From an uncultured Sporosarcina sp. (GTDB lineage: Bacteria > Bacillota > Bacilli > Bacillales_A > Planococcaceae): a DNA stretch of 64,000 nt. The translations under genes were made by a program, and so were the position numbers. Shown piece by piece: positions 59,366 through 64,000 of this stretch. Position 1 is the stretch's first letter; every line of letters starts with the position of its first letter. The DNA lies in the NCBI GenBank assembly GCA_948469885.1, contig CAOKMT010000001.1:86187-150186 (forward strand), read 5' to 3'. The notes beneath the pieces are model-generated. The model worked only from the letters and a program-made list of their open reading frames with translations, made no database searches and was not told the DNA's origin.

Positions 59366-59996
59366 TTTTTTGGAAACGTTACGTAGTCGTTCAGATTTGA
59401 TCACAGAAGCTTTCTTTCAGCATATTTTCCTTTCGTTCGTGTCGCTTGCAATCGGGATTGCGATTGCTTTGCCTATTGGTATGCTCGTCGCGAGACATCG
59501 CCGTTTTGCAGAGCCGATTATCGGAATTACCGCTGTATTACAGACGATTCCAAGCCTTGCCTTGTTCGGGGTACTCGTCCCTTTAATCGGCATAGGTTCA
59601 AAAACGGCCTTGATCGCACTCGTCATTTACGCATTACTGCCGATTGTCCGTAATACATATGCCGGTTTGACAAGTGCGGATGAATCGATCATAGAAGCTG
59701 GACGAGGAATGGGCATGACACCGAACCAAATTTTAAAGAAAATTGAATTTCCGATTGCGCTACCTGTCATTATGGCGGGCATTCGGACGGCGACAGTATT
59801 GACTGTCGGGATTGCCACGTTAGCTACTTTTGTAGGGGCAGGCGGTCTTGGGGACGTCATTTATAGAGGCTTGCAATCGTATAACAATGCGCTTGTTTTA
59901 GCAGGTGCGCTACCAGTTGCAATGCTCGCCATTGCCTTTGATTTTCTTTTAAAGTGGATTGAGAAGAAAGTGACGCCAAAAGGTGTTCAGCGATAA
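59358..59996 (+). CDS. Osmoprotectant ABC permease (OpuCB-like)
   Basis: QTIPSLAL, LLPIVRNTY, EAGRGMGM, GAGGLG. Confidence 0.9.
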   Translation: MNNFLETLRSRSDLITEAFFQHIFLSFVSLAIGIAIALPIGMLVARHRRFAEPIIGITAVLQTIPSLALFGVLVPLIGIGSKTALIALVIYALLPIVRNTYAGLTSADESIIEAGRGMGMTPNQILKKIEFPIALPVIMAGIRTATVLTVGIATLATFVGAGGLGDVIYRGLQSYNNALVLAGALPVAMLAIAFDFLLKWIEKKVTPKGVQR

Positions 59997-60011
59997 GAGG
60001 AGGGGTTCAGT

Positions 60012-60902
60012 TTGAAAAAAGGAATCGGCATTTTAATTTTAGTATTTGCACTTTTACTAAGCGCTTGTGGTAGCAAAGATGCGATCGTCATCAGTGGAAA
60101 GCCATGGACAGAACAATTCATTTTGCCTCATCTGTTAGGTCTTTATATTGAGGAGAAAACGGACTACAAAGTGACGTACCAAGAAGGGCTGGGCGAAGTG
60201 GCCATCATGACGCCAGCACTTGAAAAAGGCGATATCGATTTGTACGTGGAATATACAGGAACTGGACTGAAAGATGTCTTGAAAGAGGATGTGGCGTCAG
60301 GGGAAAGCTCGGAAAGTGTTTACAAACGGGTGAAAAAAGGATATGAAGAGCAATTCGATGTAACGTGGCTCGAGCCGCTAGGATTTGAAAATGGTTATAC
60401 GCTAGCATACATGCCAGATCAGTCCTATGATGCATCCACTTATTCGGACCTGGCTGAAGTATCTACTGAAGAAAAGATTGTTTTCGGGGCACCTCATGCA
60501 TTTTATGAGCGAAAAGGGGACGGGTATGAAGATCTAGTGGATGTTTACCCATTCACTTTCGCGGATACGAAAAGCTTGGATCCGAATGTGATGTACGAAG
60601 CGGTGAAAAATGGGGAAGTCGATGTCATTCCAGCCTTCACCACAGATAGTAGAATCCAACTATTTGAATTGGCAACGACAAAAGACGATTTAGAATTTTT
60701 CCCGAAATACGAGGCAGCACCTGTCGTTCGCCAAGAAACATTGAAGAAATTTCCGGAGCTTGCAAGTATATTGAATGAGCTGGCCGGTAAGATATCAGAA
60801 GAAGATATGCTGAAAATGAATGCGAGAGTCGATTTGGATCAACAGAAACCGGAAGACGTCGCCAAAGATTTCCTCGTTGAAAAAGGGCTGATTGGTCAAT
60901 GA
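60012..60902 (+). CDS. Osmoprotectant-binding lipoprotein (OpuCC-like)
   Basis: Lipobox LSAC; K..TEQ, DLYVEYTGT, GFENGY, TTD, FPKY. Confidence 0.88.
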   Translation: MKKGIGILILVFALLLSACGSKDAIVISGKPWTEQFILPHLLGLYIEEKTDYKVTYQEGLGEVAIMTPALEKGDIDLYVEYTGTGLKDVLKEDVASGESSESVYKRVKKGYEEQFDVTWLEPLGFENGYTLAYMPDQSYDASTYSDLAEVSTEEKIVFGAPHAFYERKGDGYEDLVDVYPFTFADTKSLDPNVMYEAVKNGEVDVIPAFTTDSRIQLFELATTKDDLEFFPKYEAAPVVRQETLKKFPELASILNELAGKISEEDMLKMNARVDLDQQKPEDVAKDFLVEKGLIGQ

Positions 60903-60951
60903 TGTGATATAGATGAAAAATGGTCTAATGAAAGGAAGACGAAGGACTGCT

Positions 60952-61542
60952 ATGTATAAACCCATAGATAAATCATTTTTTGAAGCGCCGGGTTTGACGC
61001 TTGCCCACCAATTGCTTGGACAGTATATCGTCCACGAGCGTCCGGATGGGTTACTCGTCGCGCGGATCGTCGAGACGGAAGCGTATCAAGGACCCGAAGA
61101 TCGAGCGGCACATAGTTTCGGGAACCGTCGGACGAAGCGGACAGAGATTATGTTTGGCCAAGCGGGACTTGTATATACGTATCAGATGCATACACATACA
61201 CTTATAAACGTTGTGGCAGGGCCGATTGGGACGCCGCATGCCATCCTCATTCGAGCTGTCGAGCCGGTCGTCGGGCATGAGAGGATGAGGAAGAATCGCG
61301 GGGAGCATTTGAAAGAAATCGATTGGACGAACGGACCGGGGAAGCTGACGAAAGCGCTGGAGATCACGATGGATTACTACGGTCATCATTGGTCAGATGA
61401 GCCGCTCTTCATTGCTGAAGGCGAGCCAGTGGAAGAGATTATGACCGGACCTCGTGTCGGTATCGGAAACTCAGGGGAAGCCGTCCATTATCCTTGGCGA
61501 TTTTTTGAAAAAGAAAATCCATTCGTTTCAAAATACCGTTAA
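60952..61542 (+). CDS. 3-methyladenine DNA glycosylase (AAG/MPG)
   Basis: RIVETEAY.G..D.AAH, LIRAVEP, NGPGKL, PRVGI, PWRF. Confidence 0.92.
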   Translation: MYKPIDKSFFEAPGLTLAHQLLGQYIVHERPDGLLVARIVETEAYQGPEDRAAHSFGNRRTKRTEIMFGQAGLVYTYQMHTHTLINVVAGPIGTPHAILIRAVEPVVGHERMRKNRGEHLKEIDWTNGPGKLTKALEITMDYYGHHWSDEPLFIAEGEPVEEIMTGPRVGIGNSGEAVHYPWRFFEKENPFVSKYR

Positions 61543-61609
61543 ATGGTTTTGAGGTCGATGGACAGTGGTATAGTAGGAAGAGAATGAAATAAAGGAGTGC
61601 AAGATAAAC

Positions 61610-62122
61610 ATGGCAAAGATTGCAACAGTCATTACAGATCTATTCGAAGACTCGGAGTTCACGGAACCGGCAAAAGCGTTTGAAGAAGCCGGGCACGAAG
61701 TCGTGACGATTGAAAAGGAAGCAGGCGCTGAGATAGAAGGAAAAAAAGGTGCAAAGCTTAAAGTAGATAAAGGGATTGACGATGTGAAACCGGAAGATTT
61801 CGATGCGCTACTCATTCCTGGAGGATTTGCACCGGACATACTAAGAGCAGATGATCGTTTCGTCGAATTCGCGAAAGCTTTCATGGACGCCAAAAAACCG
61901 GTATTTGCAATTTGTCACGGACCGCAGTTATTAATCACAGCGAAGTCCCTTGAAGGTAGAGACGCGACAGGCTATAAATCCATCAAAGTAGATATGGAAT
62001 ATGCAGGCGTAAACTATGCGGACAAAGAAGTTGTCGTTTGTCAAAACCAATTAGTAACGAGCCGAACGCCTGCTGATATGCCAGCGTTCAATCGAGAGTC
62101 TTTGAAATTACTAGAAAAGTGA
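61610..62122 (+). CDS. yfkM: PfpI/DJ-1 family stress protein
   Basis: FEDSE, LIPGGF.PD.LR, ICHGPQ, TSRTP; weak SigB-like GTTTTG-14-TGGTAT upstream. Confidence 0.88.
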   Translation: MAKIATVITDLFEDSEFTEPAKAFEEAGHEVVTIEKEAGAEIEGKKGAKLKVDKGIDDVKPEDFDALLIPGGFAPDILRADDRFVEFAKAFMDAKKPVFAICHGPQLLITAKSLEGRDATGYKSIKVDMEYAGVNYADKEVVVCQNQLVTSRTPADMPAFNRESLKLLEK

Positions 62123-62153
62123 ATGGCTATCAATAACTGTTAATGTATGATCG

Positions 62154-62180
62154 AAAAGACCGGGGAAACCGGTCTTTTTT
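62154..62180 (+). terminator. Terminator
   Basis: AAAAGACCGG / CCGGTCTTTT. Confidence 0.8.
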
Positions 62181-62387
62181 GATTGGCATAAAAATCGATC
62201 GGGAGACAACCAGAGGAAGGACGGTGATCGACCTGGTCTTATTTGAAAACTTTTTGGAAACATGATAAATTGAAGATAGTATTATATTTGAAAAGCATTT
62301 GATGACTTAAAAAAGTAAGCGCTTTATAAATAATAGATTGCGCAGACTAAAAAGATCATTTGTCATTCTTAGAAGAATTAAGGAAGG

Positions 62388-63197
62388 ATGAACAACTTGC
62401 TTCACTATCGAACATACGAATTAGGCCCGGATTCTCCGTGGGTGACGTTTGTCCACGGTGCTGGCGGAAGTTCTTCCACTTGGTTTAAGCAAATCCGTGA
62501 ATTTAGAAAAGCATATAATGTGCTGCTCATCGATTTAAGGGGGCATGGCCGGTCAGAAACAGGCCGTTGGGAAAAAGGAGACACCTTTACCGACGTATCA
62601 AAAGAAGTCATTGAAGTACTGGAAGAACTGAAAATCGAAAAAACCCATATCGTCGGGATGTCACTCGGTACAATCGTGGCACAGACAATTGCAGACCGTT
62701 ATCCAGAACGGGTGAAATCACTCATTCTTGGTGGCGCGATCATTCGTTTCGATATCCGTGCCAAATTATTGTTATGGTTAGGGCGGATGACGAAGTTTTT
62801 TATCCCTTATATGTTTCTTTATAAGTTATTTGCCTATATTATTATGCCCCTCAAGCAACACGAAGAATCTAGACTGACATTTGTCAATGAAGCCAAAAAG
62901 ATGTGCCAAAAGGAATTCATTAAATGGCTATCCCTCACAAAGCTTATCAATCCATACTTATCACGTTTACAATCGTCTACGACGAATATCCCCACGTTAT
63001 TTTTGATGGGGGATGAAGATTATTTGTTCATACCGCCGATTGAAGAAGTCGTACGGCGTAATGGTACTTTCGAGTTTGTCAAAATAAAAGATAGCGGCCA
63101 CGTTTGCAATATAGATCAGCCCGAAATATTTAACCGCCTATCGATTGAATATATCGCCAAAATTGAAAACGAAAAAACCGTCGTCCCCATTGGATGA
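62388..63197 (+). CDS. Alpha/beta hydrolase
   Basis: FVHGAGG, DLRGHG.S, GMSLG nucleophile, GH.CN. Confidence 0.88.
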   Translation: MNNLLHYRTYELGPDSPWVTFVHGAGGSSSTWFKQIREFRKAYNVLLIDLRGHGRSETGRWEKGDTFTDVSKEVIEVLEELKIEKTHIVGMSLGTIVAQTIADRYPERVKSLILGGAIIRFDIRAKLLLWLGRMTKFFIPYMFLYKLFAYIIMPLKQHEESRLTFVNEAKKMCQKEFIKWLSLTKLINPYLSRLQSSTTNIPTLFLMGDEDYLFIPPIEEVVRRNGTFEFVKIKDSGHVCNIDQPEIFNRLSIEYIAKIENEKTVVPIG

Positions 63198-63210
63198 CGG
63201 TTTTTGGGTA

Positions 63211-64000
63211 TTATGCATGTGTAAGGTCAAGCACTTCTGCCGGACCGAAAAATTCGAAATGGATATTTTCTTCCGGTACACCGATAGCATGTAAGTTTTG
63301 AATGATGGATTGCATGAAAGGTGTCGGGCCACAGACAAAAACATCGCTGCCTTTGATGACATGTGCCTCTAGGAATTCACGCGTGATGAAACCGTCACCT
63401 TCTTCTGAGTACAGAACCTCATATGCGGAATTTGGTAAATCTGCGTTCAATTCAATTAAGCGATTATTAAAAGCTTGGTGCTTCCGGGTACGTGCCGAGT
63501 GTAGAAAAGCTACTTGTCGTTCAGGTGAAGTTTGAGCGATCGTTTCATACATGCTCATCATCGGTGTGACGCCGACACCTCCACTGATGAGAGTGACCGC
63601 TTTTGTACTTTCTGTGTCTAAGAAGAAATCGCCTGCTGGCACACTGATTTCAACGGTGTCGCCTACGTTCACTTCATTGTGAAGGTACACGGAAACTTTA
63701 CCGAATGGTACACACTCGTCTTCGCGTTTGACAGAAATACGATACGTTTCACCGTTTTCAGCTTGGGACAAACTATATTGACGGTTCAATGTATATTTCT
63801 CACCGGATGCTTTGACGCGTACCGTGATGTATTGGCCGGGTTTGAAAGAAGGAAGCTTTTCACCGTCCGCCGGTTTTAAATAGAAGGATGTAATGACATC
63901 ACTTTCCACGACCTTGTCTGCGACAACAAATTCTTTGAATGTTCTCCAACCGCCAGGCATTTGTTCAGCTTCGTCATACATCCCTTTCTCGACCCCGATG
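63211..64000 (-). CDS. hmp: Flavohemoglobin, C-terminal FAD/NAD domains (globin part outside window)
   Basis: GGW, F.PGQY, RQYSLS, YRISVKRE, G.VS.YLH, ISGGVG.TP, CGP..FM, EFFGP; frame open to window end. Confidence 0.88.
   Translation of the reverse strand, partial: IGVEKGMYDEAEQMPGGWRTFKEFVVADKVVESDVITSFYLKPADGEKLPSFKPGQYITVRVKASGEKYTLNRQYSLSQAENGETYRISVKREDECVPFGKVSVYLHNEVNVGDTVEISVPAGDFFLDTESTKAVTLISGGVGVTPMMSMYETIAQTSPERQVAFLHSARTRKHQAFNNRLIELNADLPNSAYEVLYSEEGDGFITREFLEAHVIKGSDVFVCGPTPFMQSIIQNLHAIGVPEENIHFEFFGPAEVLDLTHA

Noticed and set aside
1-64000. Prophage, IS, defence system, tRNA or rRNA genes
   Set aside because: No integrase, transposase, nuclease, phage or structural-RNA signatures recognised by eye; a covariance-model search was not possible

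Overview
Chromosomal window from a low-GC Bacillales organism. The gene set and intergenic repeats suggest Planococcaceae/Sporosarcina-like (inference). It is mostly housekeeping and stress genes: a stand-alone purC, ectABC, Cu/Zn SOD, csp, ykaA-pit, SigW-type yuaF-floT, fumC, putP, hflX, a Fur-boxed yclNOPQ-like iron ABC, niaP, an Opu-type ABC, two DNA glycosylases and a partial hmp. No rRNA, tRNA, CRISPR, integrase or transposase was seen. The best candidate for an undescribed system is an 11-kb LacI-controlled catabolic cluster (15.9-27.0 kb). It encodes an atypical PFK, two Zn-polyol dehydrogenases, a TRAP transporter, a split transketolase with altered acceptor-site residues and an aldehyde dehydrogenase, which together suggest a transketolase-centred route for an anionic sugar derivative. 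About 4 kb downstream is a DeoR/DUF1537 kinase/PdxA2/GntP tetronate cassette bounded by an exact 18-bp direct repeat. Also notable are a degenerate ABC-ATPase-LytTR fusion operon ending in a 22-aa hydrophobic peptide, an HflXr-like HflX, a 21-bp-period repeat array, dispersed repeat remnants, a long structured region upstream of ectA, and two small membrane ORFs missed by the ORF track. Family calls come from motif recognition, not database searches.
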